Assembly: GCA_964638145.1 (NCBI GenBank)
Contig: CAZXAK010000041.1
Span: 6,886-70,885 of the forward strand
Direction of reading: 5' to 3'
From: an uncultured Desulfobacterales bacterium
Lineage (GTDB): Bacteria > Desulfobacterota > Dissulfuribacteria > Dissulfuribacterales > QOAL01
Length of the DNA: 64,000 nucleotides
Shown here: piece by piece, positions 10,692 to 20,995 of the stretch
Layout: each line of letters starts with the position of its first letter
Position numbering within the stretch: the first letter of the stretch is position 1
The notes under the pieces: generated by a model
Told to the model about the DNA's origin: nothing
Database searches by the model: none
What the model saw: only the letters and a program-made list of their open reading frames with translations
Made by a program: the position numbers and the translations under genes

Positions 10692-10723
10692 TCTCTGTAA
10701 TGTGGGGTTTTGAGCAGTCATGA

Positions 10724-11857
10724 TTATGCCATCATCTTGGCAAAACGGTCAAAGAGATACTCTGAATCGTGTGGGCCCGGGGCATTTTCCGGATGGTACT
10801 GGACAGAGAAGGCAGGCAGCTTTCGGTGTCTTATGCCCTCTACCGTGTTATCGTTCAGATTTATGTGAGTTATCTCCACGTCGGAGGGAAGGGTGGACTG
10901 ATCCACTGCAAAGCCGTGGTTCTGCGCGGTTATCTCTATCCTTCCTGTGGAAAGGTCCTTCACCGGCTGGTTTCCACCCCGGTGACCGAATTTAAGCTTG
11001 TAGGTCGAGGCCCCTATGGCAAGGGACAGTATCTGGTGTCCAAGGCAGATGCCAAAGATGGGTACCTTTCCAACTAGTTCCTTGACGGTGGTGATGACCT
11101 GCTTTACAGCCGCAGGGTCTCCGGGGCCATTTGAGATGAATACACCGTCAGGACGCGTGTCAAGTATCTGCCCTGCCTGTGAGTCAGCGGGAAATACCAG
11201 GCATTTGGCCCCACGATTCGTAAAGAGTCTGAGCTGATTGTATTTCAGGCCGCAGTCGATTACCGTGATCCTGAATGATGCCCCTTGGGTCCAGCCCGTG
11301 CCGTTGCGGAATTCATCGAATATCCGCTGATCGCATGGGGCAGGAGCATTGTCCCTCCAGTAGTACGGTTCTTTGACGCTTACGATGGATGCCAGATCAG
11401 CGCCTTGCAGCCCTTGACTCTGTCTTGCCTTTTTCACCAGTGAATCCGCGTCAAGGTCTTCTGTGGACATGGCGGCCTTCATGGCACCTGCAAGACGTAT
11501 ATGCCTGGTGATCGCTCGTGTATCCACCTGCTCAATGCCCATTATGCCACGATCCTTGAGGTAGGATTCAAGTCCGCCCTTGGCCCGCCAGTTGCTGTAC
11601 TGGGCTTCGTGCTCGCGCACTACAAATCCGCTGAGATGGATGCCTGCGGACTCCTCATCTTCGTCGTTCACACCATAGTTGCCAATCAGGGGATATGTCA
11701 TTGTTACGATCTGACCCTTGTAAGAGGGGTCGGTCAGGATCTCCTGATAGCCGGTCATGCTGGTGTTGAAAACTATCTCACCAGTGGTCTCACCTCTTCC
11801 GGTAAACGATCTTCCCTCAAAGACCCGTCCGTCCTCAAGGGCGATTAATGCCTTCAT
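10724..11857 (-). CDS. carA: Carbamoyl-phosphate synthase small subunit
   Basis: GEIVFNTSMTGYQEILTDPSY, SNGPGDP, GICLGHQ, QYHPE triad. Confidence 0.99.
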   Translation of the reverse strand: MKALIALEDGRVFEGRSFTGRGETTGEIVFNTSMTGYQEILTDPSYKGQIVTMTYPLIGNYGVNDEDEESAGIHLSGFVVREHEAQYSNWRAKGGLESYLKDRGIMGIEQVDTRAITRHIRLAGAMKAAMSTEDLDADSLVKKARQSQGLQGADLASIVSVKEPYYWRDNAPAPCDQRIFDEFRNGTGWTQGASFRITVIDCGLKYNQLRLFTNRGAKCLVFPADSQAGQILDTRPDGVFISNGPGDPAAVKQVITTVKELVGKVPIFGICLGHQILSLAIGASTYKLKFGHRGGNQPVKDLSTGRIEITAQNHGFAVDQSTLPSDVEITHINLNDNTVEGIRHRKLPAFSVQYHPENAPGPHDSEYLFDRFAKMMA

Positions 11858-12241
11858 GTCAATATGCCTCTCCGGGAATTTTTTTGTCTGGTATTGAGGA
11901 GTGATTTTCTTGTGATGGTGATCAGCTCAAGATTCCCTCGGTTAAAATGGATCAAACTTTCATCTACGGTACTCCACCGGGCATGAAAAGTTACCGTGGC
12001 CAGCAGGCGTTTTTTGTGGTTCAGGGACTGAGCCTGTCATGCAGACAGGCAGGCTTTACACATCCGCCCCGATGCCTGTGTCTGGAATCCCCTGTTTAAT
12101 CTGAAAATTGCACGTTTATGTTTACACTTACAGGGCACGGAAACTATAAACGGGCAGGTTTGGCGCGTCAATAGCAGGGGCCTTGCTATTGGGCAAAGGC
12201 CTTGTCTATGAATGGTGGGCCTGTTTTGCCATGCATGGATG

Positions 12242-12272
12242 TTGACAACAAGACGAATGGATAATATATGAT
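12242..12272 (+). promoter_or_regulatory. Putative sigma70 promoter for tRNA-Pro
   Basis: TTGACA at 12242-12247; TATATG at 17-bp spacing or TATGAT at 19-bp spacing; tRNA starts at 12289. Confidence 0.5.
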
Positions 12273-12288
12273 ATCCACTTCGTCGTGT

Positions 12289-12365
12289 CGGGACGTGGCT
12301 CAGTCTGGTAGAGCACAGCGTTCGGGACGCTGGGGTCGGAGGTTCAAATCCTCTCGTCCCGACCA
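12289..12365 (+). tRNA. tRNA-Pro, anticodon CGG
   Basis: Complete cloverleaf: acceptor CGGGACG/CGTCCCG, D arm GCTC/GAGC, anticodon arm CAGCG-TTCGGGA-CGCTG, T loop TTCAAAT, encoded ACCA end; 77 nt. Confidence 0.98.
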
Positions 12366-12633
12366 CCCTTTATTCCCGCCCCTTAATCGTCTCCCCTGCT
12401 ACAGCAGATGATGAGATGATGCGCTTATCCTGTAACCTCTCCATGATTTGCCGCAGACACATACAGATATCCACAGGCTTTTTCTTTATGCCCGGTAGGG
12501 TATGAAGAAATCTCCATTTTCCCTGCACAAACAGTTTACAAATTCCATGATGTTCCGATATAAGAGATATTATAATGCTCTTGTTGTGTTATAGGACACC
12601 TGTTTTCCACAAATACAGGGAGGTGTATCCATC

Positions 12634-13419
12634 ATGATCCAGACTGGTGTACTGGTTTTTCTTGCGCTCGCTTTTCTTGTCTCTTCCGTAAAGGTTCTGA
12701 ATGAATATCAGCGAGGAGTCATCTTCCGCCTGGGACGTGTTATTGCCGCAAAGGGACCGGGCCTTATCATTCTCCTGCCTATCATTGATAAGATGATAAA
12801 GGTGGACCTGCGGACCATCACCCTTGATGTACCGCCGCAGGACATCATCACCAGGGATAATGTTTCGGTCAAGGTGAGCGCTGTGGTCTACTTCAGGGTG
12901 CTTGAACCAGTGAAGGCTGTGATAGAGGTTGAGAACTTCCTGTTTGCCACCTCGCAGCTTGCCCAGACTACACTCAGGAGCGTGTGCGGACAGGCAGAGC
13001 TTGACGAGCTGCTTGCCGAGCGAGAGAAGCTCAACAGCCGTATACAGACCATACTGGATATGGACACGGAACCCTGGGGGGTAAAGGTGAGCAAGGTTGA
13101 AGTCAAGGAGATAGACCTGCCTGATGAGATGAAGCGGGCAATGGCAAAACAGGCAGAGGCAGAGCGTGAGAGACGTTCCAAGATCATCAATGCAGAAGGT
13201 GAGTACCAGGCAGCCACGAAGCTTGCAGAGGCTGCGGAGATAATCGACAAGGCCCCTGCAGCCTTGCAGCTCCGCTATCTGCAGACCCTGAGAGAGGTAG
13301 CGGCAGAGAACAACTCCACTACCCTCTTCCCTATTCCCATAGACCTCTTCAAGCCCTTTGTAAAGATGATGCGCCAGAAAGATACAGCACAGCCTGAGCA
13401 GGACAAGACGGAAGCATAA
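12634..13419 (+). CDS. SPFH/stomatin (slipin) family membrane protein
   Basis: [56 protein letters not shown]; GGGAGG SD. Confidence 0.95.
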   Translation: MIQTGVLVFLALAFLVSSVKVLNEYQRGVIFRLGRVIAAKGPGLIILLPIIDKMIKVDLRTITLDVPPQDIITRDNVSVKVSAVVYFRVLEPVKAVIEVENFLFATSQLAQTTLRSVCGQAELDELLAEREKLNSRIQTILDMDTEPWGVKVSKVEVKEIDLPDEMKRAMAKQAEAERERRSKIINAEGEYQAATKLAEAAEIIDKAPAALQLRYLQTLREVAAENNSTTLFPIPIDLFKPFVKMMRQKDTAQPEQDKTEA

Positions 13420-13428
13420 CCTATCGGC

Positions 13429-14271
13429 ATGATACTTCGATCCCGAAAACTCCTTGCCATTGACTGGCAGAGTGACGAATTTCCCACACTGCCCGGTGTG
13501 GCCAGGAAGGTCCTGTCCCTTCAGGGGGCTGAGGATGTGACACCCTCAGACCTGGAGGAGATCATTGGCCAGGATCCTGCCCTGACCATGAAAATCATGC
13601 AGGTGGTAAATTCCGGTTACTACAACCTGACCAGGCAGATCACATCTGTCCGTCATGCAATTACCCTGCTTGGCATAAAGCCTGTGATAGACCTGGCCCT
13701 GGGGGCAATAATGGCCAGGCGTTTCATGACAGTGCCAAGAGAGATGGAGCCATACGCCAAGAGGCTGTACAGGCACTGTATCACAACGGCCCTGTTTGCC
13801 AGGGACATGGAGTATGAGTTAGATGAGCCTGATCCTTATACACTTGGCCTGTTGCACGATATTGGATGGCTTCCCCTGATGTCCCAGGCCCCTGATGTGT
13901 TCATTTCCATGTTTGATGACAGCAACCTTGAGCGGGAGGAGCTTGAAGGCGCATGGGGTACGGATCACCAGCTATGGGGGGCAAAGCTCGCAGAGATATG
14001 GGATCTTCCTGATGCCTTTATGCTTACTGCCTACAGGCATCACAACCCCCTTCTGGAAACTGCACCGCCGTCTTTCCTGCTTCTCATAACCATGGCCCAT
14101 CACCTTGCAGATGCCGCTGGTCAGACCCTCTTCCTGAACGATGTGGAGCAACTTTCACCAAAGATTCCCGAGCTTGCAGGTATTGATCAGGAGACCTTTT
14201 ATGAGATGGAGGCTGCTGCGGTTAATGAGAAGGACAGGATAGCCACCCTGTGCAGCGTCATGCTGGCGTGA
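13429..14271 (+). CDS. Stand-alone HDOD domain protein
   Basis: PTLPGVA, IGQDPALTMKIMQVVNSGYY, ITSVRHAITLLG, GLLHDIG, HQLWGAKLAEIWDLP. Confidence 0.9.
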   Translation: MILRSRKLLAIDWQSDEFPTLPGVARKVLSLQGAEDVTPSDLEEIIGQDPALTMKIMQVVNSGYYNLTRQITSVRHAITLLGIKPVIDLALGAIMARRFMTVPREMEPYAKRLYRHCITTALFARDMEYELDEPDPYTLGLLHDIGWLPLMSQAPDVFISMFDDSNLEREELEGAWGTDHQLWGAKLAEIWDLPDAFMLTAYRHHNPLLETAPPSFLLLITMAHHLADAAGQTLFLNDVEQLSPKIPELAGIDQETFYEMEAAAVNEKDRIATLCSVMLA

Positions 14272-14398
14272 TTGGTATGGTTCATGTCTTTGGGGCGCAG
14301 TTATAGCTTGGCCCAAGATGCCTTTTGATGGCAAGGTAATGCTTATGGCCGTTTGTGAGGTATGGGTCTGACAGTAATTCAAGTTGAGAGCGGTCGTT

Positions 14399-15109
14399 AT
14401 GGACAATTGTCATAATGGTACTTGTTCGCTGCACCTCCCTTCTGTCCTCGTCTGGACCGCGCCATTTGTCCTGTATCTCCTGCTGACCAAGGCCATTTCT
14501 GTTGCGTCTGAGACCTGCTATCCCCTGCTTTATACCGTATGCGTACTGGTTACAGGCTCTGTTACCGTCTATCTCATGGTCACTGCAAGACCGGTAAGGC
14601 CCCATACACGAATCATTCCCGGTGTGATGTTCGGTCTCATAGGCATAGTCCTGTGGATATACCTGGACCGCCTTGGCGTGGAGCAGACCTTTTACAGGTT
14701 GCTCCCTGCTTGGCTGCTTCCTGATGCAAGGGTGGCGTTCAATCCCTTTGAGCAGATCAGGGATCCTGCGGTAAGGTGGCTGTTCATCCTTGTGAGAACC
14801 GCAGGTTTGGTGTTGCTGGTACCCCTTGCAGAGGAGCTGTTCTGGCGTGGATGGCTCATGAGGTGGATTATCTCCCAGGAGTGGGAACAGGTGCCTGTTG
14901 GCAAGTTTACCCTTGGTTCCTTCCTGGGGGTAACGCTTCTTTTCACCCTGGCTCACCCTGAGTGGCTTGCTGCTGCCGTTTGGTGTGTCCTGATCAACCT
15001 GCTTCTGTACTGGCGGAAGGATCTGTGGAACTGCATGGTTGCCCATGCTGTTACCAATCTGTGCCTTGTGGTCTATATAATGGTTTTTGATGTATGGAGC
15101 CTGTGGTAA
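14399..15109 (+). CDS. CPBP/CAAX prenyl protease-related intramembrane protein
   Basis: Multi-TM; FNPF...VPLAEELFWRGWLMR, FTLAHPEW, AHAVTNL. Start uncertain (TTG 14384 or ATG 14399). Confidence 0.85.
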   Translation: MDNCHNGTCSLHLPSVLVWTAPFVLYLLLTKAISVASETCYPLLYTVCVLVTGSVTVYLMVTARPVRPHTRIIPGVMFGLIGIVLWIYLDRLGVEQTFYRLLPAWLLPDARVAFNPFEQIRDPAVRWLFILVRTAGLVLLVPLAEELFWRGWLMRWIISQEWEQVPVGKFTLGSFLGVTLLFTLAHPEWLAAAVWCVLINLLLYWRKDLWNCMVAHAVTNLCLVVYIMVFDVWSLW

Positions 15110-15147
15110 CAGAATCCGCTGGTGGCCGGAAGGGAGATCACTCCGGC

Positions 15148-15693
15148 CTACTGTCCGTTTACGTTATCCTGGCCAAGAAAGAGAATGCCCTTGTACATGT
15201 AGTGCAGGCCCGATGCCATTGTGAACAGGCCGGTTATATAGAATGCTATATCCAATATGCGTCCGTCCCAGCCGGCTGCAAGGTTTACCAGCACCAGAAA
15301 TATGGTGGCAAGCTGTACCAGTGTGGTGCACTTGCTGAGCACGGTGGGATGAATTTCAACCCCCCCCTGAAACAGTATGAGTATGAGTACGCCGAATAGT
15401 ATTATAACATCCCTGCTGATCACTATTACTGCGAGCCATTCCGGAACAGGTCCTATTATGGCCAGTGTAATATAGGAGCAGGCCAGCAGGAGCTTGTCTG
15501 CTATGGGGTCCAGGATAGCTCCGATCCTTGTCTTCTGTTTCATAAGGCGTGCAATGGCGCCATCAAGCGCGTCACTGACACCGGCAGCGGCAAAGACCAG
15601 CAGCGCCTCTGCATAATCATGCCTTATCAGCAGGATTACCAGTATGGGAGTTAGCAGAATACGGCAGAGTGTGAGCAGATTAGGGATATTCAT
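15148..15693 (-). CDS. CDP-alcohol phosphatidyltransferase (PgsA/cardiolipin synthase-like)
   Basis: NIPNLLTLCRI, SDALDGAIAR, GAILDPIADK signature. Confidence 0.93.
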   Translation of the reverse strand: MNIPNLLTLCRILLTPILVILLIRHDYAEALLVFAAAGVSDALDGAIARLMKQKTRIGAILDPIADKLLLACSYITLAIIGPVPEWLAVIVISRDVIILFGVLILILFQGGVEIHPTVLSKCTTLVQLATIFLVLVNLAAGWDGRILDIAFYITGLFTMASGLHYMYKGILFLGQDNVNGQ

Positions 15694-15700
15694 CAGACTT

Positions 15701-16651
15701 TCACAGGGCAGCGCAGCGACGGGCTATCTGCGGCCATATATTTTCAGATTCAAGGAGCCGGTCAGGATGAAACCACTGGATGTTCCGCTGGCCACGGAAC
15801 CATGTGATCTGGCGCTTGGCATAGCGCCTTGTGTCACGTTTTATCGCCTCAACTGTCTCGTCCATACTGGCCCGACCTTCAAGAAGCCGGATAATATGCC
15901 GATATCCAAGAGACTGCAAGGGTTTCAGGTGAGGAGAAAATCCGCTGTTCAAAATGGCTTCCACCTCCTGTACAAACCCTTTTTCCATCATGATGTCCAC
16001 CCGTGTTTCAATCCTGCGGTAAAGTTCATCCCGGGGGCGTATGAGGGCCACTCTGATACAGGCCATCCCGCTGTACCGTCTGCTCCCCTTGTGCAGTTCG
16101 TGCCACTGTGACAGTGGAAGTCCTGTGGATAATATGACCTCTATGGCCCGGATCACCCTGAAGGTATCGTTTACGTGGAGTCTTGCCGCAGCCTCAGGGT
16201 CCTGTTTCGCCAGCAGGTCGTGAAGGGCCTGCTCGCCATGCTTGCGGCAGAAACGTCTGAGCGTCATTCGAAGCGCAGGGTGTGCGCCACTGCACGGCGC
16301 GAGTCCCTGGAGCAGGGCGTTCAGGTATAGCCCTGTGCCCCCTGAAAGTATGGGGCAGCGTGCCCTCTGCCGTATCCTGACAATCGCACGCCTGGCCGCA
16401 GAGGCAAAGTCAGCCGCGTCAAAGGGTTCGTCAGGTTCCCGGATATCTATGAGGTGGTGCCTTACGCGGCGCAGCTCATCGCTCTCAGGTTTGGCAGATC
16501 CTATGTTGAGCCTGCGGTATATCTGGATGGAGTCCACGTTTATGATCTCGCCGTGGATTTCCTCTGCAAGGCGCAGGCACAACTCGGTCTTGCCTACTGC
16601 GGTAGGCCCCATCACCGCTATTGGAGGGAAGAGGGCAGGAGGTTGCATCAT
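15701..16651 (-). CDS. miaA: tRNA dimethylallyltransferase
   Basis: GPTAVGKT, DSIQIYRRLNIGSAKP, GGTGLY, TRRYAKRQITWF. Confidence 0.97.
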   Translation of the reverse strand: MMQPPALFPPIAVMGPTAVGKTELCLRLAEEIHGEIINVDSIQIYRRLNIGSAKPESDELRRVRHHLIDIREPDEPFDAADFASAARRAIVRIRQRARCPILSGGTGLYLNALLQGLAPCSGAHPALRMTLRRFCRKHGEQALHDLLAKQDPEAAARLHVNDTFRVIRAIEVILSTGLPLSQWHELHKGSRRYSGMACIRVALIRPRDELYRRIETRVDIMMEKGFVQEVEAILNSGFSPHLKPLQSLGYRHIIRLLEGRASMDETVEAIKRDTRRYAKRQITWFRGQRNIQWFHPDRLLESENIWPQIARRCAAL

Positions 16652-18408
16652 GTCCTCCTGAAGTTTTTCTGTATCTCACTTAACCCTATCAACTGGGTTA
16701 CAGGGCGGCCGTGCGGGCAGTGGTGTATATCTTCCTCAAGGATCTGCTGGATAAGGGCCTGCATCTCCTGCAGGTTCAGCTCCTGTCTGGCCCTTATGGC
16801 ACTGTGGCAGGCAAGTGAGGCAAGGGTCTCGTGAATGATGTTTGAGGCGTCTGTGGCCGGGGTGTCAAATATCCTGTCAAGTATGTCCCGCAGGGCCGAG
16901 GAGGCATTCTTGTGGCCTGATAGGAAGTCCGGCATGCTTCTGACAGAGATCTGTGACGGCCCGAACTGTTGGGCCTCTATGCCTAATTTTTCAAGAATGG
17001 GTAAAAGTTCATGAATGCGAGCCGTATCTTCAGGTTGTACTTCTATGACTTCCGGAAAGATCAGTGGCTGGGCTGTGACAGCTCCCCTCTCCCGGAACTG
17101 CTTTAAGAGACGTTTGAACAGGATACCTTCATGGGCGGCATGCTGGTCTATGATCACAAGACCGTCAGGGCCTTCAGCAAGGATATAGCTGCTGTCAAGT
17201 TGTCCTATGGCCCTCAGGGGACACCGGGCGTCGTGGCCAATATCCTCTTCAGTCCCTGCCGTGTCAGGCTGAAGCGTCTCTGATACCATGTCATGTCCTG
17301 CCATGTCAGTGGCTTCTTCCCATGGAAGCGGTACGTGGGTGTGGGGTCTGGTTTCAGTGGCCGGTTTTTGAGTGTCTGTGCCAGCAGGTAACGCAGGGCC
17401 TTGGGTGCGGGGCTGTTTCATGCCTTTTTCCAATGCGCGCCTCACGCTGTGATAAACAGCTCGATATACTGCGTCTGTGCTGTGAAAGCGGACCTCCTGC
17501 TTGGTGGGGTGGACGTTTACATCCACGTCTTCAGCACTGACTTTCAGGAAAAGTGCCCCTACCGGATAGGTTTTGGACATATATAGCCCTTTGGTGGCCT
17601 CGTTTAGCGCCTTCCAGAGCATTCGGTTTCCGATGTTGCGTCCGTTCAGGAAGAAATAAAATGCCCTTGAAGACGATCGTCCCTGGTCAGGAGGCGTAAT
17701 GAATCCATACACCTCTATTCCAGGTCCCTGGCCCTGCACGGGCAGGAGGCAGTCAATGAGTTGTCTGCCGAGAAGTGGCCAGAGGGCATTGGGATATGAA
17801 GGCTCTCCAGATGTCTGCAACACCTGACGGCCATCACTTTTTATTGAGAACCTTATGTGCGGATACGCCACGGCGTGCAGGCGTACCTGCTGGAATACAT
17901 GTCCTGCCTCTGTCTGGCGGCGTTTTAGGAACCGGAGCCTTGCGGGTATCTTCAGGAACAGGTCCTCAACATCCACGGTGGTGCCCGCCGGACAACCTGC
18001 CGGCTCGATACGTCTGTTTTGGCCAAAATCCACCCTTATGCGCCATCCGGAATCTTCTCCCCTTGCCCGTGAGGTCATGGTGAACCTGGATACAGAGGCC
18101 ATGCTGGGTATTGCCTCTCCCCTGAAGCCAAGGGTGCGTATGGCAGACAGGTCGTGCTCGCTGTATATCTTGCTGGTGGCGTGTCGCTCCACGGCAAGCT
18201 CCATGTCCTCACGGTCCATGCCGCAGCCGTTGTCCGTTACGCGGATGAGACGTTTTCCCCCATCCTGCAACTCTACACGAATGTCAGTAGCCCCTGCGTC
18301 AATGGCGTTTTCAAGCAGTTCTCTCACCACCGAGGCCGGCCGTTCCACCACCTCTCCTGCGGCGATCTGGTCAGCTATGTGTGTTGGGAGCCTACGTATC
18401 CTTCCCAT
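16648..18408 (-). CDS. mutL: DNA mismatch repair protein MutL
   Basis: QIAAGEVVERPASVVREL, GFRGEA, DVNVHPTK, DQHAAHE, ACHSAI, CPHGRP. Confidence 0.98.
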   Translation of the reverse strand: MGRIRRLPTHIADQIAAGEVVERPASVVRELLENAIDAGATDIRVELQDGGKRLIRVTDNGCGMDREDMELAVERHATSKIYSEHDLSAIRTLGFRGEAIPSMASVSRFTMTSRARGEDSGWRIRVDFGQNRRIEPAGCPAGTTVDVEDLFLKIPARLRFLKRRQTEAGHVFQQVRLHAVAYPHIRFSIKSDGRQVLQTSGEPSYPNALWPLLGRQLIDCLLPVQGQGPGIEVYGFITPPDQGRSSSRAFYFFLNGRNIGNRMLWKALNEATKGLYMSKTYPVGALFLKVSAEDVDVNVHPTKQEVRFHSTDAVYRAVYHSVRRALEKGMKQPRTQGPALPAGTDTQKPATETRPHTHVPLPWEEATDMAGHDMVSETLQPDTAGTEEDIGHDARCPLRAIGQLDSSYILAEGPDGLVIIDQHAAHEGILFKRLLKQFRERGAVTAQPLIFPEVIEVQPEDTARIHELLPILEKLGIEAQQFGPSQISVRSMPDFLSGHKNASSALRDILDRIFDTPATDASNIIHETLASLACHSAIRARQELNLQEMQALIQQILEEDIHHCPHGRPVTQLIGLSEIQKNFRRT

Positions 18409-20224
18409 GCAAAAAGTCGTATATCCTGTTAGCCACGTCTGCTGGAATGCCCTTTACTGACTGCAATGTGTGGAGGGATGCCCTGTATACCCCATCCATG
18501 CTTCCAAAGGTTTCAAGAAGGAGTTTCTGTCTTGCCGGTCCAACGCCAGGTATGTCTGACAGACCGGAGATGCTGCGTCTCCTGTCTCTGCGCCTCCTGT
18601 GGGCCGTGATGCCAAAGCGGTGTGCCTCATCCCTCATCCGTTGAAAAAACAGGAGCACAGGATCGGTACTGCTTAACATGAGAGGCGTTTTCCTGCCATG
18701 TACATATATCTTTTCCCCCTCACCTTTCCGTTCTTTTGCAATAGAGATCACCTGCATACCGCATTCAGCGTCAAGCTGGTTTACCGCGTCTATGGCAGCG
18801 GAGAGCTGGCCCCGCCCCCCGTCTATGAGGAGGATGTCCGGCAGGTCGCCTTTTTCCCTGGCCCGTTCCATGCGGCGGCTTACCACCTGGTGTATCATCG
18901 CAAAGTCGTCCATGCCCTCAATGCCATTTATGTTGTAGATACGGTACCCCTGTTTCCATGCCTCTCCGTATCTGAATGCCACAAGACTCCCCACAGGCAG
19001 TTCACCACCGGTTGTGGAGATGTCAATGCACTCCATGGATATGGGTGGTCTGGACAGTTCAAGCGTACTGGCAATGGCGTCTGCAATCCCCTTCCATCTC
19101 CTGCGTCGTATCTCTGTCTGTTCCACGTCCTGCCTGGCATTTTCCTGGGCCATGGCAAGAAGCCTCTTCCTGTCACCACGTTCAGGAATGCTGATGCCAA
19201 CCCTGTAGTTCCACAGTTGGCTGAGCCACTGGACTATCCATTGTGCATCCTTCGGAAGTTCCGGTACGAGTATCTCTCTTGCCGGAGCGGCATCCTGATA
19301 GTAGCTCAGCATGAATGCCTTCAGTACCTCAGCGGCAGGTTCCTGGGTCTGTAGGGATATCCTCCTGGTCTCACACCCTGTGACCATTCCCTCCCGTATC
19401 CTGAGTACAGCTACAGATGCGTTACCTGAGTGGCTGTGAAAGCCGATGCAGTCCCAGGACGCGTGGAGTTTGGAAACAACCGACTGCCTTTCAAGTACCT
19501 TTTGCAGGGCAGTTATCCTGTCTCTCAACCGGGCTGCCCTTTCAAACTCCAGGGCCTCGGCGGCCTGGTGCATATCCTCTCTTATCTGTTTGATGACATT
19601 TGAGCTTTTTCCTGCGAAGAAGTCCAGTACCTGTCGTACCTTTTGCCTGTACTCCTGGCTGGAAACAGCCCCTACGCATGGGCCTGAACACTTGCCGATC
19701 TGGTACTGGAGACAGGCACGGCTCCTGTTCTTCATTGCCCTGTTGGTACAGGTCCTTATGCCGAACGTGGTGGTTATAAGGCGGATGGTCTCCCTGAGAG
19801 CGCCGGATGATGGATATGGGCCAAAATACTCTGCGCTGTCCCGCCTCCTGCTTCGTACTATGCTGATCCTGGGCCAGGTCTCGCCGGTGCTGATCCTAAG
19901 GAACGGGTAGGCCTTGTCATCCCTGAATACTATGTTGTACCTTGGCCGGTGCCGCTTTATCAGTGTGGCTTCGAGGATCAGGGCCTCCTTTTCGCTCGGT
20001 GTTACAATGACCTCGAACGTGCGGGCATGCCCTATCATTATTGCTGTGCGTGCAGGCACACCTGATCCTTTTCTCAGATAGGAGGCAAGACGTTTTCTCA
20101 GGTCCCTTGCCTTGCCCACATAAAGCACTTCATTGGCGCTGTCCCTGAATATGTAGACTCCAGGGGCAGCAGGGATGTCAGAGAGCCTTAACTTGCAGGA
20201 ATCTGAACAGTCATATACAGGCAT
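18392..20224 (-). CDS. uvrC: Excinuclease ABC subunit C
   Basis: GIY-YIG N-terminus (PGVYIF, YVGKARDLRKR), CLQYQIGKCSGPC, LIDGGRGQL, RDEAHRF, HhH tail. Confidence 0.98.
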   Translation of the reverse strand: MPVYDCSDSCKLRLSDIPAAPGVYIFRDSANEVLYVGKARDLRKRLASYLRKGSGVPARTAIMIGHARTFEVIVTPSEKEALILEATLIKRHRPRYNIVFRDDKAYPFLRISTGETWPRISIVRSRRRDSAEYFGPYPSSGALRETIRLITTTFGIRTCTNRAMKNRSRACLQYQIGKCSGPCVGAVSSQEYRQKVRQVLDFFAGKSSNVIKQIREDMHQAAEALEFERAARLRDRITALQKVLERQSVVSKLHASWDCIGFHSHSGNASVAVLRIREGMVTGCETRRISLQTQEPAAEVLKAFMLSYYQDAAPAREILVPELPKDAQWIVQWLSQLWNYRVGISIPERGDRKRLLAMAQENARQDVEQTEIRRRRWKGIADAIASTLELSRPPISMECIDISTTGGELPVGSLVAFRYGEAWKQGYRIYNINGIEGMDDFAMIHQVVSRRMERAREKGDLPDILLIDGGRGQLSAAIDAVNQLDAECGMQVISIAKERKGEGEKIYVHGRKTPLMLSSTDPVLLFFQRMRDEAHRFGITAHRRRRDRRRSISGLSDIPGVGPARQKLLLETFGSMDGVYRASLHTLQSVKGIPADVANRIYDFLHGKDT

Positions 20225-20260
20225 GGATTGTGAAAAGAGTCCATGTGTCAGGACTATAGG

Positions 20261-20995
20261 TCAGTGGTGCATGGTTACAGTCCTGAGGATTTCGTCCGAG
20301 GATATTACCCCCTGCCTGATGATCTTTACGGGGACAGTTGTCATGGCACCCTGCTGATGTACCGGCGTGGTGTCTGTTACATCAACAATGGTGGAGCAGG
20401 CCCCACTTGCCAGTCTTCCCCCGTCAAGCACAAAATCAGGGGCAGGAGAGACAAGCTGGCGCCTGACCTCTTCTGCGCTGACAGCAGCGGAACTGCCTGA
20501 TACATTGGCGCTGGTGGCCGTTATGGGTCTTCCAGCCGCGTGTACAAGGGCTGTTGCCCAGGGATTGCTGGAGATCCTTACTCCTATCTTTCCGGTCCCG
20601 CAGTGGAGTGGATAGGCGAGCCCCCGGGCCACTGGAAAGAGAATGGTGAGTGGTCCGGGCCAGAACCTGTCCATCAGCCTCTTTGCCATGTCTGGTACGG
20701 AATCCACTATGGAAGAGAGGTCTCCGATGTGGTCAATCAGCACCAACAGGGGCTTGTCCGCAGGGCGTTTCTTTATCTCGTAGATGTGTTTCAGCGCCTG
20801 GGGGTGGTCTGCCCCAGCACCCAGCCCGTAACTGGTTTCGGTAGGGAATGCCACCACGCCTCCCTGACGCAGCACCTCTGCCGCCTGTGATACAGCCTGC
20901 GTGTCAACAGGCCCTCCTGGACATGGTATCTCTTTGCAGTCCATCACGGCCGGGCCTCTGCGACTACGCACCGTTTCGTATACGTCCACTGTCAT
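20261..20995 (-). CDS. tsaC: L-threonylcarbamoyladenylate synthase (YrdC/Sua5 N-domain)
   Basis: [40 protein letters not shown]. Confidence 0.93.
   Translation of the reverse strand: MTVDVYETVRSRRGPAVMDCKEIPCPGGPVDTQAVSQAAEVLRQGGVVAFPTETSYGLGAGADHPQALKHIYEIKKRPADKPLLVLIDHIGDLSSIVDSVPDMAKRLMDRFWPGPLTILFPVARGLAYPLHCGTGKIGVRISSNPWATALVHAAGRPITATSANVSGSSAAVSAEEVRRQLVSPAPDFVLDGGRLASGACSTIVDVTDTTPVHQQGAMTTVPVKIIRQGVISSDEILRTVTMHH

Noticed and set aside
10553-10700. Target-site duplications flanking the complete repeat elements
   Set aside because: Flanks differ (GATTTTT/TCTCTG at 10560-10691; ATTTTTC/TTTTTA at 34125-34241), so no TSD can be claimed.
12161-12176. Sigma54-like site TGGCGCG-N4-TAGCA
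   Set aside because: Imperfect -12 element, overlaps a hairpin, and tRNA-Pro already has a nearer sigma70-like promoter.
11858-12240. Pyrimidine or arginine attenuator upstream of carA
   Set aside because: No PyrR-binding motif or clear terminator/antiterminator pair seen.
12037-12366. 109-aa ORF on the minus strand
   Set aside because: Begins as the antisense of the tRNA (MVGTRGFEPPTP is a classic tRNA shadow).
12289-12633. tRNA-Pro as an island integration site
   Set aside because: No integrase follows, and I saw no duplicate of the tRNA 3' end elsewhere in the window.
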